From the NCBI GenBank assembly GCA_034101885.1, contig JAXEIW010000042.1:1-62019 (forward strand): DNA of 62,019 nucleotides. Direction: 5' to 3'. The translations under genes and the position numbers were made by a program. Shown here piece after piece: positions 33,884-44,773 of this stretch; within the stretch, counting starts at the first letter, position 1, and every line of letters starts with the position of its first letter. The notes under the pieces were generated by a model. The model was not told the origin of the DNA. It made no database searches and was given only the letters and a program-made list of their open reading frames with translations. Source of the DNA: Clostridia bacterium (GTDB lineage Bacteria > Bacillota > Clostridia > UBA1381).

Positions 33884-36235
33884 TTATTGGGCTGATGCTA
33901 TAGGCATACAATTGCTTAAATTATTCCAATAGAATACTTTCATCACTGTCGGTATTCCTGTCGTGTCGCTAATCTCAACAGGGATTTCCTTTGTTTCATA
34001 CGGTGAAACAGAAATATTTTCATAAACAGCCGTTCCCAAAAGCTTATTATATTCGGAATATACCGCTGCAACTATAATTCCGTCTGCCTTTCCGTCAACT
34101 GTATTAGTTATAACGGCAGTAGCGGTTTTTGCATTCAAGTCAATGTCCTTCAGCTGCACAGAACAATTGGTTACTCCCACAATTTCCTCTGTACCTGTCT
34201 TGTCTGCAAACTTATACACAACAAAATCATCAAGTTCAACTCCCGCTATTCCAAAGGATATACCAAATACGCCCTTATCGTTCAAAGCAACGCCCTCTGT
34301 TCGCTGTGTGTATTCAAACTTTCTTCTGTTTACAAAATTGCTGTCCATAACCTCTATAACCCATTCTGCCTTTCCGTCGGCATAATAAAGTCTTGTATGA
34401 AGGTCTTTACCCAAAAACCACTCATCCGAATAAAATGTACTTCCTGCCGATGATGCTCCTGTTTTCATGTCTATTCTTTGAAGGTCATATGGTTTTATAT
34501 TTCCAAACACACTATTAATTCCTACAGAGCCCCATACACCTTTATCCGAATCTCTGTCGATGGTTCCGTCATCTGTCATTGGAGCATTCAAATATATGTT
34601 AAAAAGATTATAATTTCCCAAGGAAGTTTCCGGCATCGTTATATCTGCCTCAACATAATATCCGCTTTCATCAACATAATCGGCTATATTATTCGGAATG
34701 AATCTTCCTCCCTGACCTCCCGCTATAAATTTACCGTTCGACAGTTCTCCCGAACATCTGCTTGTATTCCACTTACCGGTTAGTGTTGATTCACTTGTAT
34801 AATTGAAGTCATCGGCAAAAACAGTTTCAAATTTAAACTTATACTCCTTCGACGCATTTAACGTTCCGGTACTGTTTTTTATACCATCCACAACAAGGCT
34901 GTATGTCTTATCCAGATAATCGGTAAAATAATAATCATTCGGCAAAGCAAGTGTAACCCTTTTACCGTCATCGGAAACTGTTTTTTGAACATTCACGTTC
35001 TGTCCCATACAATACAGTGAAATCTTATTAAGCTCCTGCGCGTCTACCGCACTGCTGAAATCCACCGTAATGCTCTTGTTCTTAACTACACCTTCTGCCA
35101 TTCTCAATACATAATCGTTGTTAACATTATATGAAAGAACATCAAAGGTCGGATCGGGTTCTTCCGAAATATCGTTAAACTTATATACAAGATAATTATC
35201 AACCTTTACTTTTGCATATGATCCGCAGTACATACCGAATGCTCCCTGTGTATTCAGGCTTTCTTTTTCAAATATAAAGGAACGTCTTGTCCCGGTATAT
35301 GTGTCATTATCCTGTAAAACGTCTGCAATCAGTTCTCCCACACCGTCTATATAAGATGCTCTCAGATGCAGCGGACGCTCTGTTAATCCCACCCCCGAAA
35401 AATATGAGGATACCGGAGTAACCGAACCGTCTTCATTGACAGTCGGCGTTTGTACATTACCCGTAAGCATATCAATTCTCTTTGCTATAACTGCTGATTT
35501 TGACAGTGAAATATTATTCGTTCCAATACCTGTAAAAATATTATCGGAATTATTAGTATCAAAGCCGTTTGAATTATTGTCAGCAAAATTAAATACAAAG
35601 TTAAAATTATTCTCGTCGCTTGCATACGGTTCATTTAATTGTGTGACATCCGCTTCAACATAATAATTCCTCTGTTTCAAAAAATCCGCATAAGCTTTCG
35701 GCCATATTCTTCCGTTTCCGCTCAAAATCAATGCTCCGTCTTCCAGTGAAGGAGTATTTTTGATCTCCCAGACATTTCTCAATTCTGTTTCGCTTGCATA
35801 ATCAAAGCCGTCATAAAAAATCTTTTCACATTCGAACTTATAGCTTGCAGAAACAGTTTCTTCTCCGGCTTCATCAGCCACACTATCTATATTGATTTTA
35901 TAGAAGCTGTCGAAATTATCCAAAAAATCAATTTGTTCCGGTAAAATTACCGTTACCGTCTTTTTATCGGCAGACAACGTCTTTTCCGTCTCTACGAGAG
36001 AATTGTTTTTTAAGAATGTAATTTTACTTAGGTCATTTTCATTGACCGCCTCGGAAAAGGAAATGTCTACAGTCTTATTTGTTACCGCTCCGGCAACGGT
36101 TTTCATAATGTACTCGTTGTTCACCTTATAACCTTCAACCGCAAAGCTGCCGACAGCATCTTCTGACGCAGCAAAGGTGGAATACGGTGTAGCCATCATA
36201 ACACCTGCCAGGATACCTGCTAAATTTTTTTTCAT
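33884..36235 (-). CDS. Secreted protein of unknown function with an internal duplication ((Ig-like + jelly-roll) x2) and a C-terminal beta-sandwich module
   Basis: Signal peptide ..GVMMATPYSTFAAS. There are two collinear ~330-aa repeats (FAVEGYKVNNEYIMK...IFYDGFDY...VDNYLVYKF and FDVLSYNVNNDYVLR...VFADDFNY...LDDFVVYKF). ATG 36235 is preferred over GTG 36244. Confidence 0.6.
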   Translation of the reverse strand: MKKNLAGILAGVMMATPYSTFAASEDAVGSFAVEGYKVNNEYIMKTVAGAVTNKTVDISFSEAVNENDLSKITFLKNNSLVETEKTLSADKKTVTVILPEQIDFLDNFDSFYKINIDSVADEAGEETVSASYKFECEKIFYDGFDYASETELRNVWEIKNTPSLEDGALILSGNGRIWPKAYADFLKQRNYYVEADVTQLNEPYASDENNFNFVFNFADNNSNGFDTNNSDNIFTGIGTNNISLSKSAVIAKRIDMLTGNVQTPTVNEDGSVTPVSSYFSGVGLTERPLHLRASYIDGVGELIADVLQDNDTYTGTRRSFIFEKESLNTQGAFGMYCGSYAKVKVDNYLVYKFNDISEEPDPTFDVLSYNVNNDYVLRMAEGVVKNKSITVDFSSAVDAQELNKISLYCMGQNVNVQKTVSDDGKRVTLALPNDYYFTDYLDKTYSLVVDGIKNSTGTLNASKEYKFKFETVFADDFNYTSESTLTGKWNTSRCSGELSNGKFIAGGQGGRFIPNNIADYVDESGYYVEADITMPETSLGNYNLFNIYLNAPMTDDGTIDRDSDKGVWGSVGINSVFGNIKPYDLQRIDMKTGASSAGSTFYSDEWFLGKDLHTRLYYADGKAEWVIEVMDSNFVNRRKFEYTQRTEGVALNDKGVFGISFGIAGVELDDFVVYKFADKTGTEEIVGVTNCSVQLKDIDLNAKTATAVITNTVDGKADGIIVAAVYSEYNKLLGTAVYENISVSPYETKEIPVEISDTTGIPTVMKVFYWNNLSNCMPIASAQ

Positions 36236-36413
36236 TTTGTTCACTCTCTTTCTTTATAATAAATTTTATATATAGTTTTACAAATTTATATATTTTCTGA
36301 AGGTGTATATTCCGCTGTCATAAATTTGTATAAACTTTATATCTTAAGTATACAATAAAATTCGGAATTGCGCCACGGACAATTTGGTATAAAACGGACA
36401 AATCAAATTTTTT

Positions 36414-38144
36414 TTAAAGCAAATCACATATTTTACTCAAAACTGCCGCTGCCTCCGCTCTTGTGGTATTTCCTTTAGGCTTAAAGCTGCCGTCATGATA
36501 ACCGTTTACAAAACCTAAAGACAGTGCTTCCTCAATATAATTAACCGCCCAATCCTGAACAGTCGTATAATCTGTAAAGCTTGTTATACGAATAATAATC
36601 TGCGGCTTTTCATTTTTAAGCTCATACGCTCCCATTGCAATCTTAACCATTTCATCACGGCTTATGGGACTGTTAGGTCTGAAAACTTCATCATGAGAAA
36701 TCAAATTGCTGTCAAGCGCAGCTTGTATATAACCTGCATACCAATCTTCTGCCTTTACATCTTTAAATGAGCCGTCATATTCGGCAACGCTGAGATTAAG
36801 TATCCTTACAACCATTTTGACAAACTCCGCTCTTGTAACATTTCTGTCGGGATAAAACTTTCCGTCGCTGTACCCGCCTATAATATTTTTGTCCAGAAGC
36901 TTATTAATATGGCTTTCCGCCCAGTGAGATGTCACATCTTCAAATCTTTTTTTATCCTTTTCACTCACCTCCGGAACAAAGCTGTTCTGACTGCCTGTGT
37001 TGTCCGCTGCCGGTTTTTGAGTATAGCTGTTGGTTCCGCCGTTGTATCCTCCGCTTCCTCCACCGTTTCCTCCGTCCTGACTCTGATTTGCAGCCCTAAT
37101 CGTTATTGTTACAGGCTCAGAATCAGATGACGCGCCGTCAACACATATGCTTTTAATTACAAAATCTTTTATAATCACATCAGAAGTAATAGAGCTGCTT
37201 GATGTTCCGCTCAAATTAAGATTAATTTTATTATCTTCCTTTGATGCGCTGACTTGCAGCTTTAAACCGGAAGGCAAAGCCGAATGTGTATAATGTAAAT
37301 CCTTGGTTAAAAGCCTGTCAACAGCAGCTTTTCTTGTCAATATCTGCAATTCCTTTGATGATGTTGAAGTATTCACCTGTGTTTTATTTGACATATTAAA
37401 CACAATTGTGTTGCTGTTCAGATTAACTTTCTTCGAATAGTCAAAGGAATAAATCTTGACTCCGTCAATAACCGCCGAATCGGTATTTGCCGCTCCTCCG
37501 GTAATAATATTACTTTTTATCTTGATTTGAACAGGAACGTCCTCTGTAAACTTTTCCCCGGTGTTTCCGGAAAAAGATATGATAAGCGTATTTTTATTCT
37601 CTCCGTAAAGCGAATAGGAAAACTCTTTCGGAAGATTATAAAACTCAACACAATCAGACGGAATACTGCCTGACAGAATTTCCGCATTACTAAGCTTAAT
37701 TCTTATTAAATTAAAATTCTCATCCAAGGCGCCCGTTTCCTCTGTTAAAAGCTCTCTGTTAAGCAGCACGGCACCGATAGGCGCAACCCTTTCGCTAAAG
37801 GGTACAGTAAACTCAAAGCTTTCCTCCGCTTCTCTGCAGGACACCGCCGCAGTATAGCTGCCATTTGAATATTCCGATACGTCAAGCGCAAAGGAAAAAT
37901 CTCCGCCCTTAACCGATTTTGTCATATCCGCGTCGATAATATTCCCATCCTTTTTTACAATTAACCCTACAGGGGCTTCCGCCCCTATATTACAATTGCC
38001 GTTTATCATAAGCTTACTGTTGACGCTGTCCTTTACCGTATTTGAAATATTAACGGTAACGTCTGCGTCGGAAAATGCAAAAACATTCGTAAAGGAAAAA
38101 ATCATACACAGCACAACCATGCAGGAAATTGATTTTCTTAACAT
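36414..38144 (-). CDS. SLH-domain cell-wall-anchored protein (three C-terminal SLH repeats)
   Basis: It has a signal peptide and a G/S/N-rich linker GGNGGGSGGYNGG. The SLH repeats are FEDVTSHWAESHINKLLDKNIIGGYSDGKFYPDRNVTRAEF, FKDVKAEDWYAGYIQ... and FTDYTTVQDWAVNYIEEALSLGFVNGY. ATG 38144 has correct SD spacing. Confidence 0.8.
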   Translation of the reverse strand: MLRKSISCMVVLCMIFSFTNVFAFSDADVTVNISNTVKDSVNSKLMINGNCNIGAEAPVGLIVKKDGNIIDADMTKSVKGGDFSFALDVSEYSNGSYTAAVSCREAEESFEFTVPFSERVAPIGAVLLNRELLTEETGALDENFNLIRIKLSNAEILSGSIPSDCVEFYNLPKEFSYSLYGENKNTLIISFSGNTGEKFTEDVPVQIKIKSNIITGGAANTDSAVIDGVKIYSFDYSKKVNLNSNTIVFNMSNKTQVNTSTSSKELQILTRKAAVDRLLTKDLHYTHSALPSGLKLQVSASKEDNKINLNLSGTSSSSITSDVIIKDFVIKSICVDGASSDSEPVTITIRAANQSQDGGNGGGSGGYNGGTNSYTQKPAADNTGSQNSFVPEVSEKDKKRFEDVTSHWAESHINKLLDKNIIGGYSDGKFYPDRNVTRAEFVKMVVRILNLSVAEYDGSFKDVKAEDWYAGYIQAALDSNLISHDEVFRPNSPISRDEMVKIAMGAYELKNEKPQIIIRITSFTDYTTVQDWAVNYIEEALSLGFVNGYHDGSFKPKGNTTRAEAAAVLSKICDLL

Positions 38145-38156
38145 TTTCATACCTCC

Positions 38157-41100
38157 TTATCTTTCCATGCAAACCACAAAAGCTGCCGTTCCGTCAATAA
38201 CAACCATATAAATATCCTCCGAAACAGCTTCTGTTATATCTGTTTTTTCAAAGAAAGAAAACGTTTTGTTTGTTTTCACCACAACACAGTTCTGTGCAAT
38301 CGGAGTCCATTTTTCCTCACCGCTCAAAACCGTTTTTATATTTGCATCTCGATAGGCCGAGGCAACGCCGTAATATTTATATTGAAAGGTTGTTTCGGAA
38401 GAGCTTGTCTCGTCAGATTCGTTGAGCTTTAAAAGCTTTCTGATTACAATTGTTTTACTGTCTAAAAGAGCTCCCTTTCTGAAATATATAATATCGCCTT
38501 TTTCTACAATATTATTGTTGTATTTCAGTTCTTTTTCCGAGGTTACATATGATGTCCCCGATGTATCGTATATCGTATAAGCATATTTGACGGCTTCATC
38601 CTCTTCATCATATATCTGAGATATTTCTCCCACAATACCGCTGTAGCTCTTTGAAACGGCCGTATTGTTAATCGGAGATGTTATTAAAACAAATTCAGCG
38701 TTAGGTCCGTCATTAATTGTCATAACCTTTGTCGAATTAAACACAACACCGCCCAATTGTGATTTGGTAATAACAGTGGGATCAAAATTAAGTTCATCGT
38801 CACAGGTTATAAGAATTTTATCACTGTTAAGCTTATAATACTGTCTGGTTTTTGTTTCGGAATCCTGACCTAATATTATATTATAAGTCGAATTATATGC
38901 AACGTTATCCGATATGCTAAAGCTGTAATCCCAGGTCACTTCATTTATTTCCCTGATTTTATTCCCCTTGATTATAAACTTGTACAAGCCGCTTCCGTCA
39001 GTCTTTTTTGCATTTGCAACAGCTGTTTCAAAGGACACTCTCGGATAGAAAATATTTTTATCCGAAGAATTATACACCAACTGTTCCTTTTCAAGTTTTC
39101 CGTCCTCTATAACCCCTACAGACATAACTTTTTCGCCGTCATCATTTTCATCTACTCTTCCGAATACAATTCCGTAAACCTCTCTGTTTATACCCTCCGT
39201 ATACATATATCGCGCTCTGCCCGACATATCGGTTATGATAGTGACCTCCGCCGATATATAATCGCTCACCTGTTCATTTGAGGAATATGAAAAGCCGTTA
39301 TTTTTACTTATATAAAATTCCTTGTCCGAAATATATATCCTTTGATCTCCTATTATAAGAGCATCACTGCTCACACCCGAAAGAGTACCCTCAAAACAGG
39401 CATCCGAGCCGAATATATAAATTACACCGTCAATCTCTGCATAGTCTATAACCATTCCTTTTTTTATGCCCGAAAAAGAGGTTTCCTTCCCGTTAACAAC
39501 TGCCACTATCCTTTTATCCTCTGTTGAAAACATACTTACATCGTCTTTATCCTTTTGTATTCTTATGCCGTTTCCCACCATGTTTTCTATAAGTCCCAGT
39601 ATATTTACTCTGTAATCATCTGCGGCATTTCCGAATATTTCAAGCTTTACGACAGCGTTGTCTTGAATTTCGACTCTTACATATCGGTCAACTATATCGA
39701 TAATATCATCAGCTGCGGCCTTTGTTCTGTTTAAATATACCTCAAGCTTTGATTTATTAATCGTCAATGTATCCTTATAATCAAAAAATGAAATCTTAGA
39801 CAGTTTTTTTACTGCCACAGGCTCTGTCTGCCGGTTGTTGTATTCCGATATAACTCCGTAAAACACCTCAGAATTTTTATAAGGATACATATACTCAACC
39901 GTTTCATCGTCTAACCACAGATATTGAGTTGTACCCTCTATATTAAGCTGGGTAATTCCTTTTGCCAAGGTGCAGCTGTCTATACTGCCGTCCTCCACAG
40001 TCTCATAAGTAATCTGTCTTAAATCTGTATCTGCCAGCCGAATCTTTACCAATTTCTCATCAAGATGATAGCAATCCTTAAGAATAGTGTAGTCCTCGTC
40101 CGGCATTAATGTTATCTTTTCCGCACCCGTAACATTTATCTTTACCATGGGAGCGGTAAGAGCATTTACAAGCAGTGCAGCCGCGTCCTTTTGCGTCAGA
40201 TATTGATTTATGCTGATTACATTTATATCGTCAAGCAGTTTCTTTGAATATGCCAAATTAATATAATTTCCGTTTCCCAAATCCTTATATCCCAACAGAT
40301 TGCATATCACCGTAACAGCTTCTTCAAGAGTTATTTTCCCGTCAGGGCGAAATTTTTCTCCGGACTTTCCGTCTATAATTCCCATTTCATACGCTGTTTC
40401 TATAACATTTCTTCCTGCATGATTCTCCCCGACATCACTATACGGAAGCTCTGCACCGCTGCCCGATATGTTTATATTTTTAAGCAGCAAAGCGCTTGCT
40501 ATAAACTCATATTTATTTGGATATGACTTTTCATCGTATTTCTTCATGTTGCCGTACAGAGCGTCAAGGTATGTAAGCTTACGGATATTTTCGTTATAAA
40601 GCTTATCTGTTGACTTCTGAGTATTATTTCCCTCATATTTATAAATCTTTATATCGTCTATATCCATTTCATAATTTTCCTCGGCCAGGCTGAATTTTAT
40701 ACCTGTCAGACTTTTTCCCGCAAATCTCGGAGCTGCCTGACTCAGGCTATTCGAATCAATATACTTTGTTATAAGAACGTTGTCCCAATAAAAGCTGATT
40801 TCCGATGTTTCTGTATTAAATATAAATTTCAGGCTGTTCCACCGGGACTTTATATTTCTGTAATCGATATATGCCGTTCCCAGTGTATGATACCCTATAT
40901 CTTCTCTGACCGGATAACATAATGCATCGTTACCATAACCGTGCGAAGACCTTATTCTGATATTTGACGGCCAGTATAAAAACTCCGTAAACTCACCGTT
41001 ATCAAATTGAAGCGAAACAACCGGTGTTGAGTTGTAGCTTGATTTACACTTAAATTCAAAAACAAAGTTTCCTTCCGTTTCGGTCACAACAGTCGGCTGC

Positions 41101-41306
41101 TTATTGTCATCGGGATTATACCACACATTCATACAGCTTCCGCCGTTACCGCTTACAATTGAATATTCGCCCGAAATGTCAATGCTGTTTTCAAAGGTAC
41201 ATTCATAAAAGCTTCCGCGCATTTCTTCTTCATATGCGTAACCTGTAATTACTGTCGAAGCTAAAAACATAACCGCTGCAAGAATACAGCTTATAATTTT
41301 ATTCAT
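38157..41306 (-). CDS. Secreted 1049-aa protein with N-terminal jelly-roll module and an internal SLH-like region
   Basis: Signal peptide MNKIISCILAAVMFLASTVITGYA. Jelly-roll brackets FYECTFEN...IDDIKIYKY. SLH-like YSDVGENHAGRNVIETAYEMGIIDGKSGEKFRPDGKITLEEA. The start overlaps the upstream stop by 8 nt. Confidence 0.6.
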   Translation of the reverse strand: MNKIISCILAAVMFLASTVITGYAYEEEMRGSFYECTFENSIDISGEYSIVSGNGGSCMNVWYNPDDNKQPTVVTETEGNFVFEFKCKSSYNSTPVVSLQFDNGEFTEFLYWPSNIRIRSSHGYGNDALCYPVREDIGYHTLGTAYIDYRNIKSRWNSLKFIFNTETSEISFYWDNVLITKYIDSNSLSQAAPRFAGKSLTGIKFSLAEENYEMDIDDIKIYKYEGNNTQKSTDKLYNENIRKLTYLDALYGNMKKYDEKSYPNKYEFIASALLLKNINISGSGAELPYSDVGENHAGRNVIETAYEMGIIDGKSGEKFRPDGKITLEEAVTVICNLLGYKDLGNGNYINLAYSKKLLDDINVISINQYLTQKDAAALLVNALTAPMVKINVTGAEKITLMPDEDYTILKDCYHLDEKLVKIRLADTDLRQITYETVEDGSIDSCTLAKGITQLNIEGTTQYLWLDDETVEYMYPYKNSEVFYGVISEYNNRQTEPVAVKKLSKISFFDYKDTLTINKSKLEVYLNRTKAAADDIIDIVDRYVRVEIQDNAVVKLEIFGNAADDYRVNILGLIENMVGNGIRIQKDKDDVSMFSTEDKRIVAVVNGKETSFSGIKKGMVIDYAEIDGVIYIFGSDACFEGTLSGVSSDALIIGDQRIYISDKEFYISKNNGFSYSSNEQVSDYISAEVTIITDMSGRARYMYTEGINREVYGIVFGRVDENDDGEKVMSVGVIEDGKLEKEQLVYNSSDKNIFYPRVSFETAVANAKKTDGSGLYKFIIKGNKIREINEVTWDYSFSISDNVAYNSTYNIILGQDSETKTRQYYKLNSDKILITCDDELNFDPTVITKSQLGGVVFNSTKVMTINDGPNAEFVLITSPINNTAVSKSYSGIVGEISQIYDEEDEAVKYAYTIYDTSGTSYVTSEKELKYNNNIVEKGDIIYFRKGALLDSKTIVIRKLLKLNESDETSSSETTFQYKYYGVASAYRDANIKTVLSGEEKWTPIAQNCVVVKTNKTFSFFEKTDITEAVSEDIYMVVIDGTAAFVVCMER

Positions 41307-44300
41307 ATAAAGCTACCTCCCCTAAAAACTTATTGTCACTGTCAACAGCAAATACTTTTATGCTGCTTTCCTCCGTTGCGGTGCGATTAAACTTCAGTTC
41401 ATTACCTGCACCAAAGTCAATTTCTTCTCTGATAATTTGCTTTGTAATACCATTTTCCCTGAGTACTGCAATATAATATAGCTTTTCAGATACTTCCTCG
41501 GCAATATCTGCCGCCAGAGAAACCGATACCGCATTATTCTCAAGTCTCTGTACAATTTTTCCCTCTGAGTTATAGTATACCGCATGGGCAATTACATAGT
41601 TTTTGGTATATTTCGGTCTTAATGGATATTGATAATTTAACAACAGTCTGTATCCGTCCGTAGTTTTAATTTCATTTCCGATATACAGAAAATATGAAAC
41701 ATTTTCAAGCAGCGGTGTTTCTGTTTTTAAGGTATAGGAGAAATCATCCTTGTTGTATGCGCCGCTGTAACCTACATCATATCCGTTTTCGCTTATTATT
41801 CTTACTGTTGATTGTCCGATAGAGTCGGCATCAATATCTTTGCTGAAATTTATTTTTATTTCATAAATTCCCTCTGTCAAATCGTTTATTGCCGAAAGTT
41901 CTTCGAAAGATTTCTCAACGCCGTTTTCGCCCGTTACGGTTACTCCGTTTACCTTTAAAGTCCCCGGATCACTGAATTCGGCGCGTTTAAAGAAATTAGT
42001 TGTGCTGTCCGATTTGATTACCAGTCTTTCTCCTTTGCGCACGGAATATTGTCCCAATGCGAGATAGGAAAGTTCGTCTTTTTTAGGAAATTCCAGTCCT
42101 GTGAATGTTTTAAGCAAAGTTTTTTCTCCGCTGCTTTGCTCGCTGTAAATATAAAAATTAACCTTTGCAGTATCGGAATGTCGTTTTGCACCGTAAAATC
42201 CTGCTTTAACCGTTGTATCTGTTTCATATATACCGCTTTTAAAGAAAATCTCATTGCCCGCCGCATAAGTATAATATCCCAATTCTCCCGTTCCTTCCAT
42301 TTTCCAGCCCAGCTCTGTAAAAGGCTCTGCAATACAGCCTTCATCGCCGGCATTAACATATACAGGCTTATAAATTTCCGAAGGAGTATCGGTTATAACC
42401 GTATAAGCATAATACTTGTTGTCTGCCGACGCATATTCGGGATATACTCTTACTGTTTCACCGCCGCTTATTGTTCCGGAGGTGATGTTTTTCATTTCCT
42501 TTGAATACACCTCGAAATAACCATTGTTTTCGGTTTTAAGAGCAGAAGTAAATTCGCTTATACTTGTGCCGTATTCGACTTTGTCTATTGTCATTTTTGA
42601 AGAATCAATCTCGTATATACCGCTTGTCAGCGCTTCCCTTTTCATTTCTTCGGGAATTATTACCGAAACATTATATTTTCTTTCATTGCCGGATTGCGCC
42701 GTTACCGTCAGCACAAAATTATTCTTTATAAGCTCCTCCTTTGAAAAAGGACTGCCCAAAACGGCAAATTCAGGTATTTCTATCTTTTTTCCAAATTCTC
42801 CCCAGCTTGTTCCGTATACCGCATTATCAATTGCGTTCACGAGTTCTCCGTTATATTTAAGCCAATTTTCATCAGAAGGAGGATTAACGCCGAGAGTATA
42901 AGATGCAAGTATATTTTCACCCTCAAACACCTTTAAAATATCCCCATCAACAATTACCGAGTCTACTGTTTCTTCGGCATTTCTGTATATCTTAAGCGTA
43001 ATTATATCGGCTCTTGTTATTCTGTTCAAAAATTCATTTTTGTTTTCGGCATAAGGAATATCGGAAATTATTTCGTTTTCTAAATCAATGCTGTACGGCT
43101 TTGAAACTTGTATGTAATTATCCGCATTTATTGTATAAACCTTAGATACGGTGCTATCAATAAGCTTGAAAACCGTAACCTTATCGCCTGTAGCCGCTCT
43201 TGACTCATCACTCTTTTCAAAGCTATATCCGCAGTCAAAAGGACATTTGATTAGGTTCTTTAACTCACTGTAGGTTATTCCGTATGAAACATTAATTACA
43301 TTATCCTCTACAACAAGCTGTTCCGATATAATAACGGGGACTGTAGGCACAAAACTCATATCCTCCGCCGTAACGGTACACTGAATACCGTTAACAGTTA
43401 CAAGATATTTTCCTTCTTTCAAAAAATACAAGCCTTTTACCGCCAATTTTCCGTATTCCGGATAAAACACATAATCTTCTTTCACAACTTCCTCTTCATT
43501 TACATATATTGATGTAATTTCTTCAATATCGGAAATTTCAAATATTTTATCCTCACCCGCAGAAAAATCATTTTCATCACACGCCTTAAATCCGTGTGCT
43601 GCACGTTTATTTTCCAAAGTATCAAGTTCCTCTTTTGCCTCAATCAATTTTTGGGAATTTGTTATTCTTTGTTTAATCTCTGAGTCAAGCTCTTCAAACT
43701 GATTATACAATTCGATTATCGCATCCCCGTCAAGGAGAGATACATCAGCTTTGTCAGGAAGCAGTTCGATTCGGTTAATAATATCCTTATAGAATATATA
43801 GTCAACTTCATCCTCATTCAGTTCTTTAAACGTATATATTGCTATGTTATCAATGTAAACCGACGTATTTGCCATACGGTTTTTAAAAGCTATTTTAGGC
43901 TCTAAAACAGCAGACGCTTCAAATTCTATACTTTCGGTGTCTTCTCCCGCTGTTATAAACACCTCTCCCGTTTTATTGTCAACTCTTGTTTTAAAGGAAA
44001 ATTCCGAGCTGTCCGATACTATTTTATCCTTATCTCCGATAATGGTATAATTTTTATCTTCAACGCCGTTTGTTCTTATGGAATATGTATTTATTCCGTT
44101 ATTTACACTTACCAACGGAACCGAAACGCCGTTTCCGTATAAACTCCCCACCGATAAACCGGGATGAAATTGTGTACCTGAAACTCCTGTCTCTATTTCG
44201 CCCTCAAAAACATACTGCTTCAAATTTTTCAGGTCATTGTTAAGAGTTGTGGGCAATACATTGTAAATCTTCTTTGGTATCGCAACGGAGCTGTTAATCA

Positions 44301-44757
44301 TCTTCATCCGTTTATTGCCGTTTTCTTCCTCCAATAACAGCAGTCCGTTGTTGCCTGCGTCAGCGCCGCCGGCACATGACATCCATTCCTCATATATTTC
44401 ATCGCTGTCTGTATAGCTTTCAAAATCCTCCGTAAAATAGCTTTTCAGCATAAAATATTTTATATTTTGCTCATCACCGTTGTTGATAATAAGTTCATAC
44501 GTTTCATTAAAAGCAAGCTTATTAGCAAAACTTGCATATGCCTTATTTTCATCAACGGTTAAAGTGACATTCTGCACCGGAAAGTTTCCACTGCAAGCAA
44601 TTGCCGTAACCGAAACTTCTTCCGGCTGTCCGGAAAATTCAAGCTCTATATAATCTCGTTCCGCATATAAAGATATAAGCGTTGCTTGCGCCGACACAAT
44701 CGGGAAAGCCGATATTAAAATCGTTAGTGTTATTAAAACAGAAAAAAATCTTTTCAT
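41299..44757 (-). CDS. Secreted 1152-aa protein of unknown function (Ig-like + jelly-roll N-terminus, paralogous to that of the 1685-aa ORF product)
   Basis: Signal peptide MKRFFSVLITLTILISAFPIVSAQA, then YAERDYIELEF...FMLKSYFTEDFESY...GADAGNNG...VYIDNIAIYTF. No SLH was seen. ATG 44757 lies behind AAGGGGTGG. Confidence 0.6.
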   Translation of the reverse strand: MKRFFSVLITLTILISAFPIVSAQATLISLYAERDYIELEFSGQPEEVSVTAIACSGNFPVQNVTLTVDENKAYASFANKLAFNETYELIINNGDEQNIKYFMLKSYFTEDFESYTDSDEIYEEWMSCAGGADAGNNGLLLLEEENGNKRMKMINSSVAIPKKIYNVLPTTLNNDLKNLKQYVFEGEIETGVSGTQFHPGLSVGSLYGNGVSVPLVSVNNGINTYSIRTNGVEDKNYTIIGDKDKIVSDSSEFSFKTRVDNKTGEVFITAGEDTESIEFEASAVLEPKIAFKNRMANTSVYIDNIAIYTFKELNEDEVDYIFYKDIINRIELLPDKADVSLLDGDAIIELYNQFEELDSEIKQRITNSQKLIEAKEELDTLENKRAAHGFKACDENDFSAGEDKIFEISDIEEITSIYVNEEEVVKEDYVFYPEYGKLAVKGLYFLKEGKYLVTVNGIQCTVTAEDMSFVPTVPVIISEQLVVEDNVINVSYGITYSELKNLIKCPFDCGYSFEKSDESRAATGDKVTVFKLIDSTVSKVYTINADNYIQVSKPYSIDLENEIISDIPYAENKNEFLNRITRADIITLKIYRNAEETVDSVIVDGDILKVFEGENILASYTLGVNPPSDENWLKYNGELVNAIDNAVYGTSWGEFGKKIEIPEFAVLGSPFSKEELIKNNFVLTVTAQSGNERKYNVSVIIPEEMKREALTSGIYEIDSSKMTIDKVEYGTSISEFTSALKTENNGYFEVYSKEMKNITSGTISGGETVRVYPEYASADNKYYAYTVITDTPSEIYKPVYVNAGDEGCIAEPFTELGWKMEGTGELGYYTYAAGNEIFFKSGIYETDTTVKAGFYGAKRHSDTAKVNFYIYSEQSSGEKTLLKTFTGLEFPKKDELSYLALGQYSVRKGERLVIKSDSTTNFFKRAEFSDPGTLKVNGVTVTGENGVEKSFEELSAINDLTEGIYEIKINFSKDIDADSIGQSTVRIISENGYDVGYSGAYNKDDFSYTLKTETPLLENVSYFLYIGNEIKTTDGYRLLLNYQYPLRPKYTKNYVIAHAVYYNSEGKIVQRLENNAVSVSLAADIAEEVSEKLYYIAVLRENGITKQIIREEIDFGAGNELKFNRTATEESSIKVFAVDSDNKFLGEVALYE

Positions 44758-44773
44758 GCAAACCACCCCTTTT

